A stretch of DNA of 64,000 nt from Octopus sinensis (Eukaryota): the NCBI RefSeq assembly GCF_006345805.1, contig NC_043006.1, positions 28,396,001 to 28,460,000 on the forward strand. The letters run 5' to 3'. Under the pieces are notes generated by a model. That model was not told the DNA's origin and ran no database searches. It saw nothing but the letters and a program-made list of their open reading frames with translations. The position numbers and the translations under genes are program-made. Shown here one piece after another: positions 1 to 12,661 of this stretch (its first letter is position 1; every line of letters starts with the position of its first letter).

Positions 1-125
1 GGATCTTTTATCCGGCTTCCAGAAATTACTTTTCTTCGTGTAATTTTCATCTTATAAACATTATACTGCATACACGGTAGGGTATGATATATTTCAAGAT
101 TTTTTAGTGGATTAATAGATATGTG

Positions 126-550
126 GGATCTTTTCGGTTTGAACGGCAGTTTTTTCTAGCGGTGTCATATGAAACTGTCACCCATAATTATGACCCTAGT
201 ATCGATCTATTGCATTTCAATCTGTTTTAGGGTTAGGGTTAGGGTTAGGGTTAGGGGTGGGGGAAGGGTATTTTTTTTTCTTCACAAATGTAAATAAACC
301 CAATCTGTTTCTTAAACGAGGGACATATCCATACGGCACAGAATGTTTTTCACCTTTTTTACACGTCAGTGATTGGTTGAAATTGCAGAAAAAGAAAAAA
401 AACAACAAATATCTTACAAACTATAGAATTTTTCAATAAAGCCAAGAGAAAAAGATGTTTTATAAACACATTCTACCAGTATACAAAGTTTGAATTTTTT
501 TAGTTACCTAGAAATTATGTTAAAAACTGCCGTTCAAACCGAAAAGATCC
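126..550. mobile_element. MITE with 29-bp perfect TIRs and 8-bp TSD, carrying (TTAGGG)5
   Basis: GGATCTTTTCGGTTTGAACGGCAGTTTTT at 126-154 and its exact reverse complement at 522-550. GATATGTG duplicated at 118-125 and 551-558. TTAGGG x5 at 227-256. Confidence 0.9.
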
Positions 551-683
551 GATATGTGTAATGATTATTGCAGCATTTCGTAGAGAAGGTATGTAGTTCC
601 TCAGAAGATTACCAAATTGTGATGGTTATATGCACGTGTTGGCATCACCAAAATTACAACGATTAATATGTAGCAAATAAAAC

Positions 684-789
684 TTTCGGGGTCGATAAAA
701 TAAGTACCAGTTGACCATTAGGTTCGGTGTAATCGACTTGCCCCCTCTCCCGAAATTGTTGGCCTTGTGCCAAAAATTTGAAACCAATA
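684..789 (+). mobile_element. SINE family B, 3' fragment
   Basis: ctttcggggtcgataaaataagtaccagt...taatcgactt core shared with the full copy at 15846. Confidence 0.75.
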
Positions 790-1360
790 TAGCAAATAAA
801 TGAGAGGAAGAAAAATAACAATTATAATGTCCCTTTATTTTATTGTGACAAAGGAATATCTAACTTCGTTGAGTTGTTGTTATACACATTACTTGCAGTT
901 CTGTCATCCATTCTGAAGGTAGTTAACTTAATCTGTGAATGACTGCTAGAAGATGGATGGAAAAAAGGAGAGGAAAAAAAGAGTAAGCGAGTCAACCTCT
1001 CCGTGTTGACAAGTAGAGAAGGTAAAAGTTATATAGTTGCTCTGAAGTGAGAGATATACAAATATGCTCTTCTAGCGAGGGGCCAAGTGGAAGATGTAGA
1101 ATCGATTTGGGGTTCTGTATTTATATTATTTCTAACTAAATTAGGTCAGGCTAAACAAAGAAATTTTTGTCTCTTATCTGCTTTGACCTAAGTTTCGCTC
1201 GAAAAGTTACGGGTTAACAGTTAACATTCATGAACGTCCTGCGGAAAAAGTTGAGATCAATAGGAAGAGAACTAGTAGAAAAATTTAGATGCGGTTTCAA
1301 ATCTTAGCTTAGAATTTTGGAAGCTATTTGTTACATATCAAATACCCAGCTTTAGAAGTA

Positions 1361-2376
1361 TACTAGCATTATGACCCGTCGTTGCCGGGTCATAGTGCTA
1401 GTGCATGTATATATATGTGTACATATTACATGTACATCTACATATATATATACATCTACACATAAAATACAAAATACAAAGTTATATCTTGATATCGCTA
1501 GTGATAACAATACTCAAAATATATAGCAGACTGGAATTGTAAGCCCGTCTCTTGCAATTTCGATTAATTGTATCTTGTCCTCCCTCTTGTATAGAAATGT
1601 GGCTACAATCCAGCCTACCTCTACTGCTGGGGAGGGGGACATTTTTAATTTTTATCCGGGACGTCCTACGTCCCAGATATAAAGGTAATAATAAAATATT
1701 TCCACTTTGCAAGTTCGAGTCGAGTACTCCGTTGACTCGAACATTGCTTCTATTGTGGCGAATTTACCGCCTCTGGTTAGATATCTTTCATAGTCGCACC
1801 AAGACACTTTTCGATGGTGCTTTCCTCCAGGTGTTCAAATCTTTTTCTCTACATTGTATACTTTATAGACAATAGTCTTTACTTTAATTTAATTTTTTTA
1901 TTATCCATCTGGACTATTCCATTTCTGCATGCTAATTTTATTTTTAATTTATTCCCATTCATGTGAAACCACTTACTCAAGTTCAAGTCATTGATGCAAT
2001 TTTATATCAATTGCTATTTTTAATTTTGTTATGTTACGATTATATTATACTTTAGTTTGATTTTAATTATTACTTACTACATATAATTCAATTGTTATTA
2101 TTATCTCTAATTTTTATTGTTAAAGTGAAAGTATCTGACATAAGATAGAGAAATGTTTTTGTTTCACTTTTAACATGTAATACTGAAATAGTGGAGAAGA
2201 TATGATATTGCTATGGGCTCGCCCTAGGCAAGAAGTTGAAGTTCTTTTTGCCCATGAAACTACATGGACCCTAAGTAAGGCATGTGTAAAATTTGAATGA
2301 AATTGGTTGTGTAGTTCTCAAGTTTTAGGGAAACACACAGACAGACAGACACACATTCTCAGTTTTATATATAGAT
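1361..2376 (+). mobile_element. Helentron-associated non-autonomous element (HINE/DINE-1-like)
   Basis: 5' TACTAGCA...ACCCG-TCGTTGC-CGGGT hairpin (1362-1402). 3' aaatttgaatgaaattggttgtgtagtt...acagacagacaga...ttttatatatagat end typical of these elements. Confidence 0.6.
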
Positions 2377-2508
2377 TAGCCTGAATCTGTTAAATACAGT
2401 TTAGTTCTTTCCTTAATAGAAAGATTTACACCTAGAATAAGAGTGTTTCTGGGCTTCCACCCAATAATTATCTAAACAAAGTGTGTGTAATTTTAATTTA
2501 TTATAGTA

Positions 2509-2670
2509 GGGGCAAGCGTGGTTGTATGGTAAAAAGTTTGCTTCCCAACTACATGGTTTCAGGTTCAGTCCCACTGCTTGGCACCTCGGGCAAGTGTCTT
2601 CTACTATAGCCTCGGGCTGACCAAAGCCTTTCGTGTGGATTTGGTAGGTGGAAACTGAAAGAAGCCCATC

Positions 2671-2729
<59 letters not shown>

Positions 2730-3040
2730 TTGGTTGTATGTTTTTCTGGGATTGGTCAAATTGATGTAGACATCTCTGATGAAAATCCAATAGGATTCGA
2801 AAATCGATTAATGCTGTTTATCATTCTTTTCAGTCTACGGAGAAACGGCTAAATTATCCCTGTTTATATAGGTACTATATAGGTTACGCACGCGTGCGTC
2901 TTTCTATTGCTGTTTGTCCTCTACCACCGCTTGATAACCAATGCGGTGTGATTACATTCCTGTAACTTAACGGTTCAGTAAGAGAGATTGATAGAATAAG
3001 TATCAGTTTTTCAAAAAATAAGTACTGAGGTCGATTTGTT
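2509..3040 (+). mobile_element. tRNA-derived SINE family A, interrupted after its (TA)n
   Basis: Head with box B-like GGTTCAGTCCC, body ggaaactgaaagaagccc, (TA)n; 3' body resumes near 2890. Confidence 0.8.
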
Positions 3041-4501
3041 CATCACCGTCGTCGTCGTCGTCGTCATCGTCGTCATCATCATCCTTGCTATGACCATCAT
3101 AATTACTGCAACTGAATGCGTGCAACCTGCCCACAGATAAACTTTAAAACTGAAAGTATAGTCTATCACATGAGATGCAACTACAGTCAACCACCTCACA
3201 CAAACACGGTTATTTTTAATGTTGACAACAGTAAAAACAAGCAAATAAATATAAGCTGTAGCATGACAATAGTTCACACTCCACATGACATGAGACTTGG
3301 CAACATAGCATTCAAGAAAAAAAATCATTTGGAGAATTTAAAATCAATGAGAAGAACACAGAAAAAAAGTGCGTTGAAAGATTTCTGGGAAGACAACCCA
3401 CCGCCCCAAAAGAGGCTGTTTGGCAGCCACTTTTCAATTTCTTCAGTTTTGTTCCAATTGATTTCATATTTGGTGTAATGATGTAGTTTTGTATGGTAAT
3501 TATTGTCATGAAATTTATTTTTGGTTATAAATCAATAAATAAAAAAGTTTGCAAAGTTTGGGTAATTTTAGTCAATCGAAAGACACAGACATATAGGTGC
3601 CCGTTTCCATAGTAACAAGTCAAGCGGTTACCAAGCTGCTTGCCCCTCTGTTGCTGTCCTGTCTACAACGTGGTCATTTTTCGCTTATTAACACATGAGG
3701 TATGAGGTGGTCCTGAGGTGTGCTAAAAATAACGGGTAAATAAACCTTAAATTACACACCAGTTTTTTGTTTTTGTATAATCGTATGAATTCCCGTGTGC
3801 AGAATACAAATTAGGAAGAATTTTCTGAAAATTCCAAAACTTTAAAAGGGTACGTAGATTTATATGGCGTGCGTAAAGCAGAATTCCGCCAATATTTCAT
3901 TTGTTTACAGTTTGATATTAAAACACGCAGTGTTGACAACACGTGCAGTCAAGCACAAAATGACAGCTTCCAAATCCTGTTTTCTGACTGGGTAAAAATA
4001 TCAAACTTTAAACTTCTGTAACTTTTAAAAGAAATTTTCTGGAACAAGTGAATTAGGCCATGAGATTCAGCGTGAAAAATTATACCAATACACCAAATTT
4101 GAAAAATTTCATTTAATTTTAAAATTTCAAACAATGCAGCCAAACAAAAGATGCAAATAAAGTGATCAGTAAATGTTGAGTGTGCCAAAAGACTTTATCA
4201 GTATAAATCCATCTATACATGACAGTATCAGTTTCAGCACATAATCTCGAATCGAAATTCTAGGAATTTAGAAAATGATGTATATATGTACGATTATGTA
4301 TTTATTTTGCAAGATATTTTATGTGAGAACGTCTATCGAAACAGATATTGTTATACTTGGGGATGGTAATCTTTTGCTGAAAATGGAATAAGCAGAGCAA
4401 GAGGAGAGACATAGGACAAAGAGTTGTTGAAGAGGTCACAAAATGTGTGACGAAAGACTTGGCAAGAAATGGAAACAGAATTGCAAGAAGCTGCTAATGA
4501 A

Positions 4502-4554
<53 letters not shown>

Positions 4555-4567
4555 TAACAACAACAAC

Positions 4568-4603
<36 letters not shown>

Positions 4604-4627
4604 ATAATAATAATAATAATAATAATA

Positions 4628-4713
<86 letters not shown>
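4502..4713. repeat. (AAT)n microsatellite
   Basis: About 210 bp of AAT with a few AAC units. Confidence 0.97.
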
Positions 4714-4985
4714 TGTTAACCCAGCAGTTGTAGGGCTACTTGGAGCACTAACCATCAAGTTCTAGAAATATGACGGAGAAACTGGAATTGTCACGAGGAC
4801 AGAGCAGGCTCTAAAGTCTGCTCTATTAGGGACAGCTAGGATTTTGAGATTGGTGCTTGGGTGTTGAGTGTCTTCCACGATAAGTTAACATTCAGGTGCC
4901 AAAGCTTATAATTTGCATCAACCAGAGCAGGTAAGACCGAGAACTCTGGGAAGTAATATAAACGATAATAAAACTAAAGTGACGA
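4714..4985 (+). mobile_element. 5'-truncated R4/Dong-clade non-LTR retrotransposon, 3' end
   Basis: Reads VNPAVVGLLGALT...ALKSALLGTARILRLVLG*, the R4/Dong C-terminal pattern (VIGALG...KTALLGTARILR). Confidence 0.75.
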
Positions 4986-5014
4986 TCAAATAAAAATAAT
5001 GTGTGTATATATAT

Positions 5015-5112
5015 AGGTGCAGGCATGGTTGTGTGGTAAGAAGCTTGCTAGGACCAAACAATACTTGTGAGTGGATTTGATAGACAGAAGCTGAAAGAAG
5101 CCCTTCTTATAT

Positions 5113-5166
<54 letters not shown>
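5015..5166 (+). mobile_element. SINE family A head plus (TA)n, hosting the Tigger insertion
   Basis: ggtgcaggcatggttgtgtggtaagaagc...gaagctgaaagaagccc followed by (TA)n. Confidence 0.7.
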
Positions 5167-5170
<4 letters not shown>

Positions 5171-7775
5171 CATACTTCGACTTAAGTCGTTTCGATTTAA
5201 GTCGTTTGCGATTATACGTCGGTTTTCAAAAATAATAATTAGGAAAGATAAAAATCAAGTTAAGTCATTTTACTCGACTTTACGTCTCTCCACCACAAAT
5301 AATGGAATCGTAAAATCACTAGAAAACCGTTAAAAGCACATAAAATCATGTTACTAGAAATAAATAAGAATAAAAGCATATAAAATCATATTAATATACG
5401 TAAAGTAAATGTTAAGATACACACCATAAAGTAGTGTAGCTTAGTGAACGTAATCATGAAATCAGTTGTGTTGTCTTATTTATCGGTTTTTCGGAGCTCA
5501 TATTGCACTGTAGTTCCAATATCTACCGTTAGGCGTCGTTGTCACTTGTGAATCCCGCGATTGTTTTGAATTGAGATTTGTTTACGTCTGTTTATCGGCT
5601 ACTTTCTCATTCTCATTCATTTGTGACTTTATTTTTTGCCTCTATGACTCCTACAAAAAGTCATAGTGTAAGTGCTAAGCGTCATGCTATAACGCTGGAA
5701 GATAAACTGGCTGTGATAAAATGCCATGAAAAAGGTGAAAAAGTGGTAGCAATTGCACGATCTTTTGGGATGAGTCGGACAACTGTATCAACGATTGTAC
5801 ATAATAAATACAAGATTTAGCACATATCAAATCTGAAGCCCCAAGGATGAAGAACACTGTCATCAATAAGAAAAGAGGCAAAATCTATGAAGAAATAGAA
5901 AGTCTTCTTTCTCTTTGGATTGTTAGGTTGAATCGTCAGCGTGCTACTATTAGTCAAGAAATCATTCAAGAGAAAGCGTTGTTTTTGTTTGAGGACCTGA
6001 AGAAAACAATATCCAGGTGAAAAAAGATGTAGAGTTCAAGGCAAGTCAAGGATGATTCATGAGATTTAAGGAGCGAAGAAGTGATCACTCCATTAAGAAG
6101 CAAGGTGAAGTGCATCAGCTGACGAACAAGCAGCAGCGGAATTTTTTAATGCATTAAAGAAAATCATCGAAGAAAACGGTTTTCTTCTCGAACAAATTTT
6201 TAACATAGACGAAACTGGATTGTATTGGAAAAAAATGCCAAACATTCATTTCCAAAGAGGAGAAAACTATTCCAGGCTACAAGGTCTCAAAAAAACGTGT
6301 GACCATTATGTTGGGAGGTAATTGTGCAGGAGATTTTAAGTTAAAGCCATTGCTTGTGTATCATGTACACAACCCCCGTGCCCTGAAGAACATACCCAAA
6401 GCATCTCTCCCTGTTATATGGATGGCTAATTCAAAAGCCTGGGTTACTGTTGTTTTTGAATATTGGTTCTTCAATCATTTTATCCCATCAGCAGAGAAGT
6501 ATAGTAAGGAGAGGGGAATTCCTTTTAAGGTTTTACTTATCTTCGATAATGCTCCTGAGCACTCGCAAAACACCGTAAATTTTGACCCCAATGTTACTAT
6601 CGTATACTTCCCTCCGAACGCCACATCTCTTCTGCAGTCAATGGATCAGGGAATAATTGCTGTCTTCAAGTGTTACTATATGAAACGTACGCTGCGGCAA
6701 GCAATTGTCGCAACTGATTTTGATGAGTCCATCACACTTCGTGACTTTTGGAAGAGATACGATATCTACAAAGCTGTACAGAACATAGCAGTGGCATGGA
6801 ATGATGTACAGAACACGGCTATGAATGGTGTATGGAAGAAGCTTTGCCCGCAATTCGTGAATGATTTTCAGGGGTTTGATAATGTTGCCATCAACAAAAC
6901 GTTGGTGATTACGAGCAAAGAACTGGAAATGGATTTGGAGGAGGATTTCACAGATTTATTTGAAAAAGCCAAGCAGCCCCTGACGAACGATGATTTGAGA
7001 GAGCTTCACGAGCAGCAAAATAAAAAAAGAAGAGGAAGTCGAACCTGAGCCACGTCACTTTACCAGTAAGCAAATTCAGCAAGCATTTGCATATATCGAA
7101 AAAGGTGTTTCTATATTCGAGGATATGGAAACAAATGCTCAACGCTTTTCTAAGATTATGGAGGCTTGTCACGAAGCTTTTGCTCCTTATAATGTAACCC
7201 TTGAGGAAAAGAAGACAGTTCAAAGAACTCTCAGTCGATCTTTTAAGCGCATCGAACAAGAACAGCAAGACTCAGCTGTTGATCTTGACGATCCACAGCC
7301 ATCAACATCCGCGATGTAAGCCACCAAATTGTATGTACGTATTGATAAATTAAACATTTTTTAGTTTTTTTTTTTTACTGCTGCAAAATAATGATAACAA
7401 TAATAAATCTCTGAATTACTGAATTTGTTTTTTAAGCTTAAAAAAGGTTTTTATTTTACCATGTCTTATTGCAAACCGCATTCTTAAATAAAGCGTTCGT
7501 GATATACAGTAAACACCGCCAAATTGTATTTGTAAATTTAGATTACTTTTTTAATTTTTACTGCTCTGTATTAAAAAATAACAATTATTTGTTTGCACGC
7601 TTAAAATAGGTTTCTATTAACCATGTATTATTGACAATGCATTCGTAAATAAAGTACAAAACTGAGGATGGTTATTATCGGTTTAGCCTGGAGGCAAGTT
7701 AATTCGACTTAAGTCGTTTTTCGATTGAGTTCTGTCTCCTGGAACCAATTAACGACGTAGGGTGAGGTATGCCTA
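5167..7775 (+). mobile_element. pogo/Tigger DNA transposon, about 2.6 kb, decayed
   Basis: TA then CAGACATACTTCGACTTAAGTCG at left, degenerate inverted counterpart (cgacgtagggtgaggtatgcct) at right, internal transposase. Confidence 0.85.
5644..7319 (+). pseudogene. Tigger-type transposase (CENP-B HTH + DDE_1), disrupted
   Basis: ITLEDKLAVIK...IARSFGMSRTTVSTI HTH; KLKPLLVY, WMANSKAWVT, LLIFDNAPEH, PPNATSLLQSMDQGII. Stops and frameshifts present. Confidence 0.9.
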
Positions 7776-8495
7776 CACACACACACAAACACACACATAT
7801 GGCAAATGAAAGACCGTAGATGGAATATACGAGTATTTATTATTAATCACGACAATATCCGTCTTTCATTTGCCATGTACATAACAATCACCGTTAAAGT
7901 GACCGTGCTTTACCCAGTGAGCTACCACGTGTAAACCCTTCGTTTCAATATCCAATACATACATACATACATACATACATACATACATACATACATACAT
8001 ACATACATACATGGATAGGTTGTTGTTGAGTCACCTAATGTGACTCACTCAAAAGGTTGTAATCTCATTTGGTGGTAGAACCGGATGAAAAATAAACAAG
8101 GTAGTAACTTTAAATACGTTTATTGTGGCCGAACGTATATACACAACGGAATGATTGGTGCGTAGAGGCCATGGTCTTCTGTGACATGCTCCTATCTGCA
8201 AGCTGGCGTGTGGTATGAGAGAAAGCCAGTCAGGTTGCGTCTTCACAGCTCGCGTCCCAGTACAAAAAGAGAAAGAGATGAGTATTTGAACCTTAATGTT
8301 CCGTAAGGCCCTCTATATGTTCAATTTGTTTAACCCACTGTCAGGGGGGTGGGGGCAACTGCGCCTACAGAAGACCGCTCTTAGACCGGAAGCAATCGAT
8401 TAATAATAGTGTAGGCGGAGTGTGCACTAGGAGGGTACAGAAGAACGAACCATGGCAAAAACAGTTGTATGAACAATTGAAATTGACAAAAAATT

Positions 8496-8892
8496 AGGAG
8501 TGGCTGTGTGGTAAGTAGCTTGTTTACCAACTACATGGTTCCGGGTTCAGTCCCATTGCGTGGCACCTTGGGCAAATGTCTTCTACTATAGCCTCGGGCC
8601 GACCAAAGCCTTGTGAGTGGATTTGGTAGACGGAAACTGAAAGAAGCCCGTCGTATATATGTATATATACATATGTATGTGTGTGTGTTTGTGTGTCTGT
8701 GTTTGTCCCTCTGGCATTGCTTGACAACCGATGCTGGTGTGTTTATGTCCCCATCACTTAGCGGTTCGGCAAAACAGACCGATAGAATAAGTACTGGGCT
8801 TACAAAGAATAAGTGCCGGGGTCGGGTTGCTCGATTAAAGGCGGTGCTCCAGCATGGCCGCAGTCAAATGATTGAAACAAATAAAAAGAGTA
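8496..8892 (+). mobile_element. SINE family A, full length
   Basis: Box A TGGCTGTGTGG, box B GGTTCAGTCCC, central TA/TG repeat, 3' ggcggtgctccagcatggccgcagtc, (AG)n tail. Confidence 0.9.
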
Positions 8893-8959
<67 letters not shown>

Positions 8960-8961
8960 AG

Positions 8962-9520
8962 TAAGTCGTGGTAACCGGTAGAAACATCGCATAGAATGGT
9001 TCCTTTTGAAAAAGGCAGAGGCAGGTTTCAAACTTGCAGCAGGAAAACTGTGGTGAAAAGACGTCCAGGGAGTCCAAGGAGGGTTGGTCAGTAGTCATAG
9101 CAACCAAATCAATCGAAGCAGGAGACGACAATGCGCCGATAGGCAGGCGAGATAAGGCGTCGGCGGGGATGTCGTCAGTGCCAGCTATGTGGCGAATGTC
9201 ACTTATGAACTGTGATATGTAGTCCAAGTGTCTTGTTTCTCTGGGCGAGTACCGGTCCGTTTTAGCAAAGAGAGCGGTTTGTGGTCGGTGAAAATCGTGA
9301 AATCTCTACCTTCGAGAAGATATGAGAAAAGGTTCACCGCCAGGTAAATTGCTAAGAGTTCTTTACCAAACACACTATATCTCATTTCAGCACACATTTC
9401 AGCTAGCGCGAGAAGAAGGCTAATGGCTGGCTTCGGCTGTTGACAGGTTGCTCTAAAACTGCGCCTATAGCAGATGATGACATCAATAGTAAGTGATAAT
9501 TTTGCATCCGGAACAGGATG
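8962..9520 (-). mobile_element. Ty3/Gypsy pol fragment (RT connection, RNase H, start of integrase)
   Basis: QAFESVKSDLAQASFLAHP; RYSVFGKELLAIYLAV...LEGRDFTIFTDHKPL; YISQFISDIRHIAGTDDIPADALSR. Confidence 0.85.
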
Positions 9521-10444
9521 AGCGAGGAAGGATGCTTGAGCAAGGTCAGATTTGACAGATTCAAAAGCTTGGATGGCTGTAGGAGACAACGTTATCTGGG
9601 CGTCTTTCTTTTGCTGATCTTAATACTCATTAAGTACTGGAAATCACCAACGAGTGAAAAATACGTAAACACACGAGAGATAAGTACAGGACAAAATACT
9701 AAAAGAAGATAACTCTTCATCAGTTGTCGACCGTTTTACTACTCCCTATTTAATGCTTTACTACTCCCTATTTCGTGCTTTCAACAAGGAACCAGCCTTG
9801 TCACACACTGTATCACATTATTTCTGTCAAGAAAGCACGTTAAAGAAGCGCGTGTCGGCGGAATGCTCAGCTACTTACAAATGAATTTAGCGAGTCGGGA
9901 GTTCAGTTGGTCGAACAATTTGATTGATCTCCGTCGACGCAGACGGAAAATCCCTACGCTCATTTTTCAAATTTATACGTGTGTGTGTGAGTGTGTGTAC
10001 GTGGTTTAGTTTGTATCAATGTTAGGACATTGTCCCAGTAATGTAATTTCTTGGTCACACTAATCTAAGGAGTTGATTGAACTCGAGAAGAATAATTGGG
10101 CTTAGTATGGGGTTTGAAGGTGGTGGACTGACACAATTTGGCTGACAAAGGGAGAAGATACGAGTGGTTAGGCGCGTAAGGAGGTGACACGCGAACATAC
10201 AGCGTGAAGGACAGGCGTCATTATAGTAGCAGTAAGAAGATCAGAGGGAGGAAACCGCAAGTGTGTAGGCCAGAGGTGTATTGGTGAAAGACCCCATGCC
10301 AATTAATGGGTCTTTCATTTATTTTTATTATTAATTATTTTAGATGTTGTCTAAGTATGTGGCGTAGCCCTGTCCCAGACGTAGAAACAGTATTTCCATT
10401 GTTAAGATTCGAATTTTACAATAAAAGCAGTTCCAGATTAATAT

Positions 10445-10626
10445 ATTTCTGCTATTAGCACAAGGCCTGGAATTTTAGGGGAGGGAACTAAACGATCACA
10501 TCGTCCCCAGTGCTTAACTGGTACTTATTTTATCGATCCCGAAAGGATGAATGGCAAAGTCAGCCTCGGTGGAATTTGAACTCAAAATGTAAAATTGGAC
10601 GAAGTACCTATAAGCATTTTGCCCGG
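10445..10626 (-). mobile_element. SINE family B, partial
   Basis: Reverse complement of the box B gagttcaaattcc and cggggtcgataaaataagtacc core. Confidence 0.75.
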
Positions 10627-10888
10627 TTCTAGATAAATATCACTGACGCATTTATATTGCAGAAAAGCCAGCAGTTGAAGAGTTTGTCTGGGAAAAGGTC
10701 CCTTTATAGACGTATTATGTTAAAAAGACAACATATTTCAGAGCTAGACGAAAAGAAATTGCGTCGGAAGCGACCGTGAGAGTGACGGCTGCTGTTTTAA
10801 AGGCTTGTCAGTGTCACGCACTCGAGTCGCCTCTGATACAAAATCGTCCCGGCCAGTCTGAAGTATAGAGACTCTTTTCTACGATATA

Positions 10889-11401
10889 CCATAAATCCTC
10901 GAATATAATCCGCATTTTTCCCCCAAAATTTAAAGGTCAAAATCCCTGGTGCGTACTATATACGAGGTTAAAAATGAAAAATATTTTCTAAGCAATGTCC
11001 GAGTCTCTATTTGCTGTCCGTCAATGTTTATTCAAACGCATTTTGTGAAGTCGGGTGCGAAAATACCTTAAGCTAAGCCTGAAAGCAATGAAGTCATAAA
11101 AGAATCATCCATAACTTGCAGTAAGCAACATTTATTAAACGTTATTACTGTTATTTCCTTATTTTCTGCAAACAAAATGCACAAAAAAAGCAATACGTTT
11201 GCATTATGTTATATATACAATAATAATAAAGGACGTTACCGTATACATTTTTACAAGCCAAGAACGTTATATAGACCTCCTTGACTCAAGTTAGAGAAGG
11301 GGTGCGTATTATATACAAGGTTTAGGTTTTTCAGGGGTACAGAACCCTAAAAATCCCCTGCGTATTATACTCAAGGGCGGACTATACTCGAGTATTTACT
11401 G
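10889..11401. mobile_element. pogo-type MITE, copy 1
   Basis: TA TSD; TIRs CCATAAATCCTCGAATATAATCCGC / GCGGACTATACTCGAGTATTTACTG. Near-identical copy at 29894. Confidence 0.88.
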
Positions 11402-12661
11402 TACATACGTTAAGTATGTCATATAGATAAAGATTTCCAGTGTTAGTTTCTTTTGAAATTCTTGTGCATCATCGCAAAGACCCATGGAATAGAATACGGC
11501 TTAGCTGTTCGGGGACCGCAAATAAGAATGTATAAGCAGTTAACATAAACAGGATGTTGGGTGGTAGAGGTGCCTGCATTGTTGTGTCAACTTACAACTA
11601 CACCAAAAGACAGAGGAATGCGCATGTAGGAGGCTTCATCAAAAATAATAGACACCAAGAAAAACAGTAGCAAAATTTGTAGTTGCCACTCGCATTATAA
11701 TCACCATCATAACCAAATTCACCTGCACCATTATTACACCTCAGCCACCACCCCACCACCATCAGCACCAATGACAGCGACAGCAACAACAACGACAGCA
11801 GTCAACATCGTTGCTACTGGACAGTTGTAGATGGGAGTAACACTTTCGTCCTCTATGTCAGCACTCTCTCAGACCTGGGTCATTTCGAATAGTTCGGTAG
11901 CTCCTCCTCCTTCTCCTTCTCCCCCTGTTACTTTCATTTTGTTCCTTTCTATCGCTCCTGATGGCGCTTTCTCCTCTCTATCTACCCCTTAACCATTACT
12001 GTAAACGTAGCTTTACTTTTGGTTTCCTGACACCTCAATAAATTATCAATTTATCTTTTCTTCCTTCCATCACCCCACCTCTCTCTTTCTCTCTCTTTCT
12101 CTCTCTCTATACTTTTTAAATACATGTCTGTTACTTATTTTTTTTATTACAGATTTGCATACTACCCCTCTCTGTTTCCCTCTTGCTCTCCCGCATTCCA
12201 CCTTACTGCATTTCTATTTTATTCTGCCTTGCTTTCTCTTATTCATTGTCCTTACTGTCTCCTCGTCCACCTCCCTTTGAATTAAATTACCAAATGAGAT
12301 TATTTAGACTGGAAGACATTCCTCGCCGAATCAATCTATCTATCAAACTATCAGTGCTGAAGACGAAACCTAACTTTTACTGAAAGAACGCGGTCGGAAT
12401 TCTCATTCTTTGAACGTGCCACGAATTAGTGGGAGTGTATGTATGAGCATACGTGCACTTATATATATGTGTGTATATACATGCATATGTGTGTGTGAAG
12501 CTACTGACTGGGCAATTTACTAATTTCACATATACTTGGAATGTGTCATGGTGGAAGCGTGTACAAAATCAGAAGCCTGTTGAATCCACATTCGCAGTGA
12601 TTTGTATTCTGGTGTTACTTAGCAAGTTAGCAGTCGCAAGAAACAGTTCTGATCTTTCAGC

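Noticed and set aside
574-588. 15-nt micro-exon (ttgcAG...AAG|GTATGT)
   Set aside because: Splice-like signals alone at this length are expected by chance.
4351-4765. Poly-Asn and poly-Leu/Ile ORFs
   Set aside because: Translations of the (AAT)n microsatellite; the tail is a Dong fragment.
5644-7319. Domesticated or active transposases or RTs (also 36420-37526 and 59652-60275)
   Set aside because: All carry stops or frameshifts or lost catalytic residues.
8030-8400. LTR belonging to the Gypsy fragment
   Set aside because: No second LTR, and PBS/PPT orientation was inconsistent.
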